Origin: an uncultured Coriobacteriaceae bacterium
GTDB lineage: Bacteria > Actinomycetota > Coriobacteriia > Coriobacteriales > Atopobiaceae
Direction: 5' to 3'
Assembly (NCBI GenBank): GCA_902795635.1
Contig: CADBMC010000008.1
Location: 1 to 42,690 of the forward strand
DNA length: 42,690 bases
The notes beneath the pieces are model-generated. The model ran no database searches, was not told where the DNA came from, and was given only the letters and a program-made list of their open reading frames with translations. Of this stretch, positions 1 through 8,862 are shown in pieces (the stretch's first letter is position 1; every line of letters begins with the position of its first letter). The translations under genes were made by a program, and so were the position numbers.

Positions 1-622
1 CCGGGCAGATCATGTAGATCGGGGGCTTGCGGTTCTCCATCACGTGCACCTGCACGCCGGAGGTCTGCGTGCGCAGGAGCACGTCGGACTCGCCCTGCAC
101 GTGCTTCTCCTTGCCCTCGGGCGCGTTGTCCACCACGTAGAAGGTGTCATGTGCCGAACGGCTCGGGTGGTCCTCCGGGGCGTTGAGCGCCGTGAAGTTG
201 TACCAGGTGGTCTCCACGAAGGGGCCGTCCTCCACGGTGTAGCCGAGGCCGCAGAAGAAGTCCTCCATCTCCTCCTCGATCTGGCTCACGAGGTGCTGCG
301 TGCCCGCCGAGAGGCCGCGGCCGGGAAGCGTGACGTCCACGGCGTCGGCCGCGATGCGCGCCTCCATCTCCCGGTGCTCGAGCTCGGCGCGGCGCTTGTC
401 GATGGCCTGCTCGAGCTGCTCGCGCGCCTCGTTGGCGAGCTTGCCCACCTGCGGGCGCTCCTCGGGCAGAAGCGAGCCCATCGAGTGCAGGATCTGGGTG
501 AGCGACCCCTTGCGGCCCATGGCCTTGACGCGGATCTGCTCGAGGGCGTCGAGCGATTCGGCCTCAGTGACGCCCTTGAGCGCAGCGTCCTGGATGCCGC
601 GCAGCTCATCGATGACTGACAT
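1..622 (-). CDS. pheS: Phenylalanine--tRNA ligase alpha subunit (N-terminal part; gene runs off the left edge)
   Basis: Absent from the ORF track because it has no stop in the window. The reverse complement from the ATG (rc of 620-622) reads MSVIDELRGIQDAALKGVTEAESLDALEQIRVKAMGRKGSLTQILHSMGSLLPEERPQVGKLANEAREQLEQAIDKRRAELE...HPSRSAHDTFYVVDN...LLRTQTSGVQVHVMENRKPPIYMICPG. This is the typical PheRS-alpha N-terminal helical arm plus the start of the class II core. A T-box leader lies directly upstream. Confidence 0.9.
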   Translation of the reverse strand, partial: MSVIDELRGIQDAALKGVTEAESLDALEQIRVKAMGRKGSLTQILHSMGSLLPEERPQVGKLANEAREQLEQAIDKRRAELEHREMEARIAADAVDVTLPGRGLSAGTQHLVSQIEEEMEDFFCGLGYTVEDGPFVETTWYNFTALNAPEDHPSRSAHDTFYVVDNAPEGKEKHVQGESDVLLRTQTSGVQVHVMENRKPPIYMICP

Positions 623-649
623 CTGCCATACCCCTTCCATGCATAAACG

Positions 650-684
650 AAAAACCGCCCTCGAGCACGCTTGCCCAAGGACGG
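650..684 (-). terminator. Intrinsic terminator of the T-box expression platform
   Basis: On the minus strand CCGUCCUUG (rc of 676-684) pairs with CGAGGGCGG (rc of 655-663), including G-U pairs. It is followed by UUUUU (rc of 650-654), about 30 nt before the pheS ATG. The 5' arm starts 3 nt after the T-box sequence, as expected for antiterminator/terminator competition. Confidence 0.75.
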
Positions 685-945
685 AGTCTCCGCGGTACCA
701 CCTTGATTGGCGCGGCGGTTGTCTGGCCCGTCGTCGCCCGCTCTTCGGCCCGTGTCGTGGGCCTCACGGCTTCCCTACTCAGCCCGACGCCCGCATCCGT
801 TGCCGCATGCGAGGCTCGGCCGCCGTTCAGGTCGCGGCTCGTGAGTGAACCCCTGCCTCCAGCCCGCGCGGACGCCTCCCAGCCAAGGGCGCCCTCTCTC
901 GTGCGCGGACGACGCGGACGCAAGGCCTCTCCGTCATCGCCTGCG
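650..945 (-). promoter_or_regulatory. T-box riboswitch leader controlling pheS (candidate Phe UUC specifier)
   Basis: The minus-strand leader contains: a GA-rich stem I start (GCGAUGACGGAGAGG, rc of about 926-940); an AGAGAG element (rc of 895-900); GGGG-UUC-A (UUC = rc of 847-849, followed by A); the conserved T-box sequence CAAGGUGGUACCGCGGAG (rc of 688-705); and an intrinsic terminator at 650-684. The leader boundaries are approximate. Confidence 0.8.
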
Positions 946-969
946 TGCAAGGATAGCACGACTGCCCCG

Positions 970-987
970 CCCGGCGGCCGCGCCGGG
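970..987 (-). terminator. GC hairpin downstream of the LtaS-family gene (possible terminator)
   Basis: CCCGGCG-gccg-CGCCGGG perfect 7-bp stem about 40 nt after the stop at 1026. No U-tract follows, so assignment is weak. Confidence 0.35.
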
Positions 988-1025
988 ACGCCTTGCTTCG
1001 AATCGGTGCCCCGGGCCGCGGCAGG

Positions 1026-3146
1026 CTAGAGCATGCCTGCGGCGCCGGCGCCTGCCTGGTAGGTGACGCCGTCCTTGAACAGCTCGTAGTACTGCGCCGC
1101 CCACAGGTCCTCGCGCAGGCTGCTCGCCGAGCTCGTCTGGTCCTGCTCATACCAGGTGCCGTCGGAGGTCTGGTAGCCCGAGAGGTTGATGTTGGGGATG
1201 CCCTCGCGCAGCACGAGCTCGGCCTTCTGGTAGTCCGAGAGCGGCGCGCCGATGAGCTGCATGAGGTAGGCGCCCAGGTAGTTCGTGCTGATCTCGGTGT
1301 CGCCGTTCAGCTGGCTCACGCCGGCGACGTCGTAGTTGGCCCAGATCATGAGCGAGGTCTCGCGGGTGCGCTGCTCATGCGCGTTGGCGTCGGACTCTTC
1401 CGGATACATGAGCTCGTTGTACTGCGAGGCGATCTTGGGCTGGTGGTCGCCGAAGAACACGACCACGACCGGCCGGTCGAGCTCGGAGAGCTCGTTGATG
1501 AAGCTCTCGAGCGCCTGGTCGGAGATGTCCACGAGCGCGAGGTACTCGTCGAGCTCCGGGTCGTCCGTGCCGTCCACCGTGTAGTGCTTCATGTCCGTGA
1601 GCAGGCCTGTGTCGTAGCTCGAGTGGTTCTGCATCGTCACGTCGAAGATGAACTGGGGCGAGTCGTCGCTCTTCAGGAGCTCGAGGATCTTGTCGTAGGT
1701 CGCGGCATCGCTCACCTTGCCACGGACGCGGTCGGCGCCCACGAAGTCCTGGAGGTCGAGGAACGAGTCGAAGCCCATGTTGGAGTAGACGACGTCGCGG
1801 TTCCAGTTCGTGCCGTAGTTGGGGTGCATGGCCGTCGTCGTGTAGCCGAGCGCGTTGAACTGCGCGGCCAGGTTGTCCACGCCGGAGAGGTTATAGACCA
1901 TGTAGGGGTACACGCCGTTGCCCAGGAACGCCATGCTCGTGCCCGTGAGGAACTCGAACTCGGTGTTGCAGGTGCCGGCGCCGTACGGCGAGACGGAGAG
2001 GGTGCCGTTCACGATCGCGCCGTCGTAGGAGCTGAGCCACGTGGGGCCGGTGTATGCCCCGCCGAGGTCGTTGTATATGGACATGTCGCAGAAGCTCTCG
2101 TTCATAATCGCGATCACGGTCGGCTTCTGGGAGGCGAACTGCGCCTCGGCGGCCGTGCGGCTCTCCTCAGTCCCGAGCGTGCTGTCGTAGGTAGAAGCAT
2201 ATTCCGAGATGGTCTTCTCGGCGGACTTGTTCGAGTAGCCCTCCGGCTTGCTGGGCTTGAGGTCCTGGATGCTGGTGATGAAGGCGGTGAGGAAGCCCTG
2301 GCGCCAGTAGCTCGCGAGCGGCGCCCAGCCGCCCACGACGATTCCGAAGGTGTCGGTGAGGTTCACCTTCATGATGCCCACGCCCGTGCCGAGGGCCAGG
2401 ACCACGGCAAGCACCACGTTGACGACGGCCGTGCGCGCACGGGACCCGCCCTCGCGCTTCCTCACGACGGGCGTGAGCGAGAGCATGAGGACGACGGCCA
2501 TGGCGAGCGCGAGGGCGCGCACGACATTGACGTCGACGCTGTAGGTGTAGGTGCCGCTCACGGCCGCGGCGGTGCCGATGGAGAAGATGTCGGAGACCAT
2601 GATCGGCTGGCCCTTGAACGAGACCACGAAGTACTCGGCGAGGCCGGCCACGAACAGCAGCGCCACCACGATGGGCGCGCCTGCGCCGCCGCGCTGGAAG
2701 AGCAGGTGGAACACGGCCATGAACAGGAAGACGACCACGATCTCCACGAGCATGCCCCACAAGTTGAAGCTCGTGAGGTACGGGTTGGAGGGCATCTCGA
2801 TGGCCACGAAGGCGAGGTAGGCGCCGAGCACGAGCATGCCGAGCTCGATGACCCAGGGATGGCGCGTCTTGGCGAGCCGCTCGCGGATAGGGGCGCGCCA
2901 GAGCGAGACGACGGCGCCCGCCACGAGCACGACGTTCAGCAGAAGCCAGCTCAGCACCGTGGTGCTCACGAGGCCCTTGGCCATGTAGAAGCAGCTGAAG
3001 CAGCACAGGGCGAGGAAGACGGCGCTCCATGCCCACGAGCTCGGACGCAGCTTCGAGGGGACATGGGGAGCGCCCTCCGCGCTGCGTGCGACGTAGACGT
3101 AGTAGGCGATGATGGCGACGATGGCTGCGAGCGAGATGCCGATCAT
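1026..3146 (-). CDS. LTA synthase family protein (polytopic N-terminal membrane domain plus extracellular sulfatase-type phosphoglycerol transferase domain)
   Basis: 706-aa ORF. The first 300 or so aa contain about 8 hydrophobic segments. The C-terminal part has LtaS/sulfatase-like motifs (NESFCD, GTCNTEFEFLTG, TAMHPNYGTNWNRDVVYSNMGFD, VVVFFGDHQP). Confidence 0.85.
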   Translation of the reverse strand: MIGISLAAIVAIIAYYVYVARSAEGAPHVPSKLRPSSWAWSAVFLALCCFSCFYMAKGLVSTTVLSWLLLNVVLVAGAVVSLWRAPIRERLAKTRHPWVIELGMLVLGAYLAFVAIEMPSNPYLTSFNLWGMLVEIVVVFLFMAVFHLLFQRGGAGAPIVVALLFVAGLAEYFVVSFKGQPIMVSDIFSIGTAAAVSGTYTYSVDVNVVRALALAMAVVLMLSLTPVVRKREGGSRARTAVVNVVLAVVLALGTGVGIMKVNLTDTFGIVVGGWAPLASYWRQGFLTAFITSIQDLKPSKPEGYSNKSAEKTISEYASTYDSTLGTEESRTAAEAQFASQKPTVIAIMNESFCDMSIYNDLGGAYTGPTWLSSYDGAIVNGTLSVSPYGAGTCNTEFEFLTGTSMAFLGNGVYPYMVYNLSGVDNLAAQFNALGYTTTAMHPNYGTNWNRDVVYSNMGFDSFLDLQDFVGADRVRGKVSDAATYDKILELLKSDDSPQFIFDVTMQNHSSYDTGLLTDMKHYTVDGTDDPELDEYLALVDISDQALESFINELSELDRPVVVVFFGDHQPKIASQYNELMYPEESDANAHEQRTRETSLMIWANYDVAGVSQLNGDTEISTNYLGAYLMQLIGAPLSDYQKAELVLREGIPNINLSGYQTSDGTWYEQDQTSSASSLREDLWAAQYYELFKDGVTYQAGAGAAGML

Positions 3147-3277
3147 GGGTGCGTAGCGTCCTTCCTAGCCTGCCTGGATGCCAGCCGGGCGCGCCGAGGC
3201 GCGCTGGCTCTGCCGAAGCCATAAGGATATGACGTGTTCGCGAGGTTGTTCCCGCAAGAGGGAAAAGCCATCCAATC

Positions 3278-3299
3278 TGTTGAAATCAACACATGTTGA
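3278..3299. promoter_or_regulatory. Operator-like triple half-site TGTTGA-aa-TCAACA-ca-TGTTGA in an AT-richer island upstream of the LtaS-family gene
   Basis: Read directly: two overlapping perfect 6-2-6 palindromes at 3278-3291 and 3286-3299, inside the least GC-rich stretch of the 3147-3418 intergenic region. A TATCCT -10-like hexamer on the minus strand lies at 3224-3229. Confidence 0.4.
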
Positions 3300-3418
3300 A
3301 GAATTCTCGACGGAGCGAGCGGACCGCGGCATGGCGGCAGCGATGCGACGGCATCGCGAAGGCGCCGATGGCAAGGCAGATGGCAGGTCGGATATGGCGT
3401 CCGCGATGCGATGGACCC

Positions 3419-4372
3419 CTAGAGGACCCCGGCGAGCCGAAGCGCCTCGAAGGCCGAGCCGAAGATCCCGGCATCGTTGCCGAGCGCCGCGGCCACGATG
3501 GGCGTGTCCTTGCACGAGGGCAGCGCATGGAAGCGGTAGCGCTCGCGCAGCCCGTCGCCGAAGACGTCGAACGAGCCGGAGACGCCGCCCCCTATGACGA
3601 AGAGCTCCGGGTCCACCACGGCGGAGACGTCCGCGAGGCAGAGACCGAACCTGTCGCACATCTCGCGCACGACAGCACGTGCCTCCTCGTCTCCACGCTC
3701 GAAGGCGGAGAACACCGCCAGGGCGCCGGAGGAGACGTCGGGCTCGGGCCGCCCCGCGCGGGCGCAGCCCTCCCGATACATGCGCACGATGCCGGTGGCG
3801 CTCGCGTACTGCTCGGCGCATCCGCGCTTGCCGCAGGTGCACGCGACGGGCTCGTCGGGGTTGACGCAGATGTGGCCTATCTCGCCGCCCGCGCCGTGGG
3901 GGCCCACCACAACGTGTCCGCCCACCACGATGCCCGATCCCACGCCCGTGCCCAGCACGACGTGGCAGAAGGAGTCGGCGCCGCGCGCCGCGCCCTGCCA
4001 CATCTCGCCCAAGGCGGCAGCGTTGCCATCGTTCAGCACGCAGGTGGCCGTGCCGGGAAAGCGCCTGCCCAGGGCCTGCCTCAGGCCGGTGACGTCGATG
4101 TCGATGTTGTAGTGCATGACGTGCGTGCCGTCGGGAAGGACCGAGCCAGGCGTGTCCAGCCCGATGCCCGCGACGCTCGCGGGAGCTACGCCGTTGCGCT
4201 CCAGGAGCCCCTGCAGGGCGTCGCCCACGCGCGAGAAGGCATGCTCGCCGACGAGCGTGCCGGTCGTGGTGGAGAGGCGGTCCAGGAGCCTCCCCTCGGC
4301 GGACACGAGCCCGCACTTGATGTTCGTGCCTCCGACGTCGCAGCCGAGCGCGACGGCATCCCCTGCTCCCAT
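3419..4372 (-). CDS. glk: ROK family glucokinase
   Basis: 317 aa. Contains the N-terminal ATP motif LGCDVGGTNIKCGLV, the ROK signature LNDGNAAALGE and GTGVGSGIV, and the zinc motif GHICVNPDEPVACTCGKRGCAEQYAS. Confidence 0.9.
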   Translation of the reverse strand: MGAGDAVALGCDVGGTNIKCGLVSAEGRLLDRLSTTTGTLVGEHAFSRVGDALQGLLERNGVAPASVAGIGLDTPGSVLPDGTHVMHYNIDIDVTGLRQALGRRFPGTATCVLNDGNAAALGEMWQGAARGADSFCHVVLGTGVGSGIVVGGHVVVGPHGAGGEIGHICVNPDEPVACTCGKRGCAEQYASATGIVRMYREGCARAGRPEPDVSSGALAVFSAFERGDEEARAVVREMCDRFGLCLADVSAVVDPELFVIGGGVSGSFDVFGDGLRERYRFHALPSCKDTPIVAAALGNDAGIFGSAFEALRLAGVL

Positions 4373-4382
4373 CGAAGCCTCC

Positions 4383-5387
4383 CTAGCAGCCGCGGGCGAT
4401 GGCCTTGCGCACGAGCGCGTCCAGCGTGGAGGCCATGTCGAGCCCCGCCGCCTCCACGGCCATGGGGACGAGCGAGGTCTCGGTGAGGCCCGGGAAGGTC
4501 TTCAGGTCCATGATGCGCACCTTGCTCCCGTCCCATATGAGGTCTACGCGGGCGAGGTCGCGGCAGTCGAACGCCTCGAACACGTCGAGGGCGGCGCGCC
4601 TCACCGCCTCGCGGGCATCGGCGGCGTCCATGCTGCCCGATGCCAGCGACTGGTCCCGGGCCGGGCAGAAGTAGTCCACGCGCTCGGGATTGGTGCGGGC
4701 GTCGGTGTCGTAGAGGCCCTCGTGGGCATGGATCTCCACCTCGGGCAGCACCTGCGGGCCGTCGTCGAGCTCGAGGACGGTGCACGAGAGCTCGGCGCCC
4801 TCGACCCACTCCTCGATCATCACCACGTCGTCGTAGGCGAGCGCGGTCATGATGGCCTCGCCGAGCTGCGACTCCTCGTCCACCTTGGTCACGCCCATGG
4901 CAGACCCGCCGTGCGCGGGCTTCACCGCGAGCGGGAAGCCGCTGCCGATGCGGCCGGCGACCAGGTCGAGCGCCGCGGCCGCCCCCAGGTCCTTGAAGGC
5001 GCCCATGGGAAGGGCCACCTCGGCCGGCCAGATGGCGTCGGACTCCTCCGCCGAGAACGTGCGGCGCATCACGAACGGCGTGTCGGGCTTGTTCCAGGCG
5101 GCGCGGCACACGGCGGCGCGGCTGCCCACGTAGGGGATGCGCAGGAACTCGAGGAGCGCGGGGACCGCGCCGTCCTCGCCGCCGGCGCCGTGCAGGCACA
5201 CGAAGGCGGCGTCGGGCCGCTCCGAGCGCAGGGTGTCCACCAAGTGCTCGTCCGCGTCGAGCGGAAGCACCTCGTAGCCGTCGCGCGCGAGCAGGTCGCA
5301 CACGAGCTTGCCGCTCCTGAGCGAGAACTTGCGCTCGAATGACGTGCCGCCCATGATGACGGCGACCTTCGTGCTCTCGGTGGCCAT
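4383..5387 (-). CDS. ddl: D-alanine--D-alanine ligase
   Basis: 334 aa. Has VAVIMGGTSFERKFSLRSG at the N-terminus, CLHGAGGEDGAVPALLEFLRIPYVGS, and an ATP-grasp core (PLAVKPAHGGSAMGVTKV, VMIEEWVEG). A 10-nt gap separates it from glk. Confidence 0.92.
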   Translation of the reverse strand: MATESTKVAVIMGGTSFERKFSLRSGKLVCDLLARDGYEVLPLDADEHLVDTLRSERPDAAFVCLHGAGGEDGAVPALLEFLRIPYVGSRAAVCRAAWNKPDTPFVMRRTFSAEESDAIWPAEVALPMGAFKDLGAAAALDLVAGRIGSGFPLAVKPAHGGSAMGVTKVDEESQLGEAIMTALAYDDVVMIEEWVEGAELSCTVLELDDGPQVLPEVEIHAHEGLYDTDARTNPERVDYFCPARDQSLASGSMDAADAREAVRRAALDVFEAFDCRDLARVDLIWDGSKVRIMDLKTFPGLTETSLVPMAVEAAGLDMASTLDALVRKAIARGC

Positions 5388-5393
5388 GGCTGC

Positions 5394-6716
5394 CTACCTT
5401 CCGTTGCGGACGAACAGGGTCTTCGGGGCGTCGTGATGGGCGCCGATCTGGGCGGAGGGCTCCGGCTCGGGAAGCGCGCCCGCCGCGAGGAACGCGCGAT
5501 AGAGGTCCATCCTGTCGGACACGACGTCGGAGAGCCGCGCTATGGCCTCGCGGATCTTCTCCGGCTTCTCGTAGCAGAAGGCGAGCCGCATGGAGCTCTT
5601 GCCACGGCCGTCGGGGAAGCAGTTGCGTCCCGGCACGTAGGCCACGCCGCGCTCGAGGGCCACCGACATCATCTGGTCGGTGTCGAAGTAGGGCGGCAAC
5701 GTGAGCCACACGAAGAAGCCGCCCTTCGGCCACGACCACTCGACCTCGGGGCCGAAGCTCTCGGCGAGGGCGTCGAGCATGGCGTCGCGCCGCTCGTGGT
5801 AGACGTCCTTGATCTTCTCGAGCGTGGCCTTCCAGTCCGTCCTCGTGAAGTAGTACTCGGCCATGACCTGCGAGAGCGAGCTCACGCAGAGCCCCGCCCC
5901 CTGCAGGCACAGGTTCACGTGGGCGAGCATGGGCTTGGGGGCCACCATCCAGGCCAGGCGAAGCCCCGGGGCGAAGATCTTCGAGGTGGTGCCGAGGTAG
6001 ATGACCGAGGGGTCCATGGACTTCATCGGCGGGACGTGCTCGCCCTCGTAGCGCAGCCGGCCATACGGGTCGTCCTCGACCAGCGGGATCTCGTACTCGT
6101 GCGAGAGCTCGATGAGGCGGCGACGGCGCTCGAGCGAGAGCGTGACGCCCGTGGGGTTCTGGAAGTTGGGGATGGTGTAGATGAACTTCGCGCCACGCGG
6201 GCCGAGCCTCTCGAGCGTCTCCTCGAGCAGGTCCATGCGCATGCCGTCCTGGTCCATCTCGACGCACACGATGTTGGGCTCGTAGGCCGAGAACGCCTGC
6301 AGGGCGCCCAGGTAGGTGGGCCCCTCGCAGATGATCGTGTCGCCCGGCTGCAAGAACGCGCGGCCGAGGAAGTCGAGGCCCATCTGCGAGCCGGCGAGCA
6401 GGATCATCTCGTCCGGGGAGACGTCGATGCCGTTCTCGGCAAGCATCTCGCACACGATCTCGCGCATCTGGATGCGCCCGTCGGAGCCGCCGTACTGCAG
6501 CGCCTTGGGGCCCTCCTCCAAGATCATGCTGCGCGCGCACTCGGCCACCTCGTCCAGAGGCAGGCTTGAGATGTCCGGCGAGCCGCCCGAGAGGCCGATG
6601 ACGTTGGGACGCGACACGGCGGCGAACAGGTCGCGCACGGCGGAGTGCCTGAGGTGGTCCATGCGCGGGGCATAGGTGCCCTCCCAGGCGTCGAATGTGA
6701 GTCTGCTCGATGGCAT
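5394..6716 (-). CDS. PLP-dependent aminotransferase, class I/II fold (ARO8/LysN-like)
   Basis: 440 aa. Contains YGGSDGRIQMRE, IPNFQNPTGVTLS, EDDPYGRLRY, and the PLP-lysine motif TTSKIFAPGLRLAWMVAP. An SD (GGGAGGG) lies upstream. A 6-nt gap separates it from ddl. Confidence 0.85.
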   Translation of the reverse strand: MPSSRLTFDAWEGTYAPRMDHLRHSAVRDLFAAVSRPNVIGLSGGSPDISSLPLDEVAECARSMILEEGPKALQYGGSDGRIQMREIVCEMLAENGIDVSPDEMILLAGSQMGLDFLGRAFLQPGDTIICEGPTYLGALQAFSAYEPNIVCVEMDQDGMRMDLLEETLERLGPRGAKFIYTIPNFQNPTGVTLSLERRRRLIELSHEYEIPLVEDDPYGRLRYEGEHVPPMKSMDPSVIYLGTTSKIFAPGLRLAWMVAPKPMLAHVNLCLQGAGLCVSSLSQVMAEYYFTRTDWKATLEKIKDVYHERRDAMLDALAESFGPEVEWSWPKGGFFVWLTLPPYFDTDQMMSVALERGVAYVPGRNCFPDGRGKSSMRLAFCYEKPEKIREAIARLSDVVSDRMDLYRAFLAAGALPEPEPSAQIGAHHDAPKTLFVRNGR

Positions 6717-6843
6717 CGCAGATCGCCCTCCCTCGCGTCCGGCCGCGCCGACGACTCTGCTTGCCCATGCCGGACGACCCCTTGGCGATACACTCTAGGA
6801 CAAGATAGCCCAGCCACAGCGATGGCGCATAGGAGGCAACCTC

Positions 6844-8391
6844 ATGAACGACGGACCTCGTCCCACGACCGCGACGCCCGAAGCCGAGCCGGACGTGGCG
6901 ACCGAGCTAGCCGAGCTTGACGAGCTGGAGCGCAGGCTCTACTCGCTCGGCTACGGCATGACCCAGATCTCGTTCGCCGGCGAGACGAGCGATCCGCCCG
7001 CCTCCGCCCCCGGGCGCGCCGAGGCGCTGGCCACGCTCGACGAGATGGCCCATGGCCTGCTCTGCTCGGAGGAGACGGGCCGCCTCCTCGAAAGGCTCTC
7101 GTCCAAGGCGACCGAGCTCGACGCGACGCACGCGGCCGAGGTGCGCGTGCTCTCGCGCGACCGCAGGCGCGAGGCGAACGTGCCCGCCAAGGAGGCGGCC
7201 GCCCTCACGCGGCTCACGAGCGAGGCGGAGGACGTGTGGCGGCGCGCCAAGCGCGCGGACGACTGGGCGTCGTTCGAGCCCTACCTGGACCGCCTGGTGG
7301 AGATGCGAGGGCGGCTCGCCGGCTACGTGGACGATTCGCGCGACCCCTACGACGTGCTGCTCGACGAGTACGAGCCCGGCTCCTCGCGCGAGCTCTACGA
7401 CGCCTTCTTCGAGCAGACGAAGGCCTGCGTCGTGCCGCTCCTGGCCGACGTCAGGCACGCGGGCCAGGTGAGCCGCGCCTGCGTGGAGGGCACCTTCGAC
7501 GCTGAGCGACAGCTCGAGCTCGGCAGGGACGTCGTGGAGGCCGAGGGCCTCGACATGGACGGGCTCACCATCGCCGAGACCGAGCATCCCTTCTCGGACT
7601 GCACGAGCTCCCGGCACACCTTCATCGCCACGCACGTCTATCCCGACGACATCATGAGCAACGTGTTCTCCATGCTCCACGAGGGAGGCCACGTCCTCTA
7701 CATGGCCGGGGTCGATCCCGCCTACGACTACACCTGCCTGCGCGACGGCACCTCGAGCGGCATGCACGAGGCCCAGTCACGCTTCTTCGAGAACGTGGTG
7801 GGACGCTCCGAGGCCTTCACGCCCGTGCTGCTCGGCCTTCTGCGCAGGCGCTTCCCGGAGCGCTTCGCGGACGTCTCGCCCACAGAGCTCTGGCTCGCCG
7901 CGAACAGGGTGGAGCCCTCGCTCGTGCGCACCGAGGCCGACGAGCTCACCTACCCGCTGCACATCATCGTGCGCTACGAGATCGAGGAGCTGCTCTTCTC
8001 GGGCGAGGCCAAGGCGGCCGACGTCCCCGGCCTCTGGGCCGACCGCATGGGCAGCTACCTGGGCGTCGAGGTCCCGAACGACTCCCTCGGCGCGCTGCAG
8101 GACACGCATTGGTCGTGTGGGGACTTCGGCTACTTCCCCACCTACGCCCTGGGCGGCGCCTACGGGGCGCAGCTCCTGGACGCGATGGTGGGCTCGGGCG
8201 TGGACTTCGAGGGCGCGCTGGCCGCAGGCGACCTGGCACCCATTCGCGGCTGGCTGCGCGAGAACGTGTGGCGCTTCGGGCGCTCGAAGGACCCGGCGCA
8301 GATCATCTCCGATGCCTGCGGCGCGCCCTTCGACGCGAGCCATTACACGCGCTACCTGCAGCGGCGCTTCACGCGCGTCTACGGGCTGTAG
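6844..8391 (+). CDS. Carboxypeptidase M32 (Taq-type metallocarboxypeptidase)
   Basis: 515 aa. Carries the M32 motifs EHPFS, the HEXXH site LHEGGHVLY, HEAQSRFFEN and VRTEADELTYPLHIIVRYEIE. AGGAGG lies 7 nt upstream of the ATG. Confidence 0.92.
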   Translation: MNDGPRPTTATPEAEPDVATELAELDELERRLYSLGYGMTQISFAGETSDPPASAPGRAEALATLDEMAHGLLCSEETGRLLERLSSKATELDATHAAEVRVLSRDRRREANVPAKEAAALTRLTSEAEDVWRRAKRADDWASFEPYLDRLVEMRGRLAGYVDDSRDPYDVLLDEYEPGSSRELYDAFFEQTKACVVPLLADVRHAGQVSRACVEGTFDAERQLELGRDVVEAEGLDMDGLTIAETEHPFSDCTSSRHTFIATHVYPDDIMSNVFSMLHEGGHVLYMAGVDPAYDYTCLRDGTSSGMHEAQSRFFENVVGRSEAFTPVLLGLLRRRFPERFADVSPTELWLAANRVEPSLVRTEADELTYPLHIIVRYEIEELLFSGEAKAADVPGLWADRMGSYLGVEVPNDSLGALQDTHWSCGDFGYFPTYALGGAYGAQLLDAMVGSGVDFEGALAAGDLAPIRGWLRENVWRFGRSKDPAQIISDACGAPFDASHYTRYLQRRFTRVYGL

Positions 8392-8400
8392 GGAGGGCCC

Positions 8401-8862
8401 ATGCGAGCCGTGGTGCAGAGGGTGCTCCGCTGCGAGGTGAGCTCGGGCGGCAAGACGGTGGGCTCCTGCGGGCCGGGGATATGCGTGCTCCTCGGCGTGG
8501 CCGAGGGCGACGACGAGCGGACGGCCCAGCGCCTCTGGGCCAAGGTCCGCGACCTCAGGATCTTTCCCGACGACGCCGGCAGGACGAACCTCTCGCTTGC
8601 CGACGTGGACGGCGAGGCCTGCATCGTGAGCCAGTTCACCCTTCTGGCCGACGTCCGCCATGGCAGGAGGCCGTCGTTCACGGCGGCCGCAGAGCCAAAG
8701 ATGGCGCGAAGGCTCTACGAGCTCTTCTGCGAGCTGGCCGAGCAGGACGTGGCCCATGTGGGCCGCGGCGCCTTCGGCGAGCACATGGAGGTGAGCCTCG
8801 TGGGCGACGGGCCGTTCACGATAGTCATCGACACCGACGAGCTGCCCGTCCCGAAGGCCTAG
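8401..8862 (+). CDS. dtd: D-aminoacyl-tRNA deacylase
   Basis: 153 aa. Reads MRAVVQRV...GPGICVLLGVAEGDD...KVRDLRIFPDD...SQFTLLADVRHGRRPSF, the canonical Dtd pattern. It starts 9 nt after the M32 gene. Confidence 0.92.
   Translation: MRAVVQRVLRCEVSSGGKTVGSCGPGICVLLGVAEGDDERTAQRLWAKVRDLRIFPDDAGRTNLSLADVDGEACIVSQFTLLADVRHGRRPSFTAAAEPKMARRLYELFCELAEQDVAHVGRGAFGEHMEVSLVGDGPFTIVIDTDELPVPKA

Noticed and set aside
3340-3357. Hairpin GCGATGC-gacg-GCATCGC downstream of glk as a terminator, plus nearby GATGGCA-like direct repeats.
   Set aside because: It has a short stem and no U-tract, and similar GC-rich inverted repeats are frequent by chance here. It is not reported as a feature.
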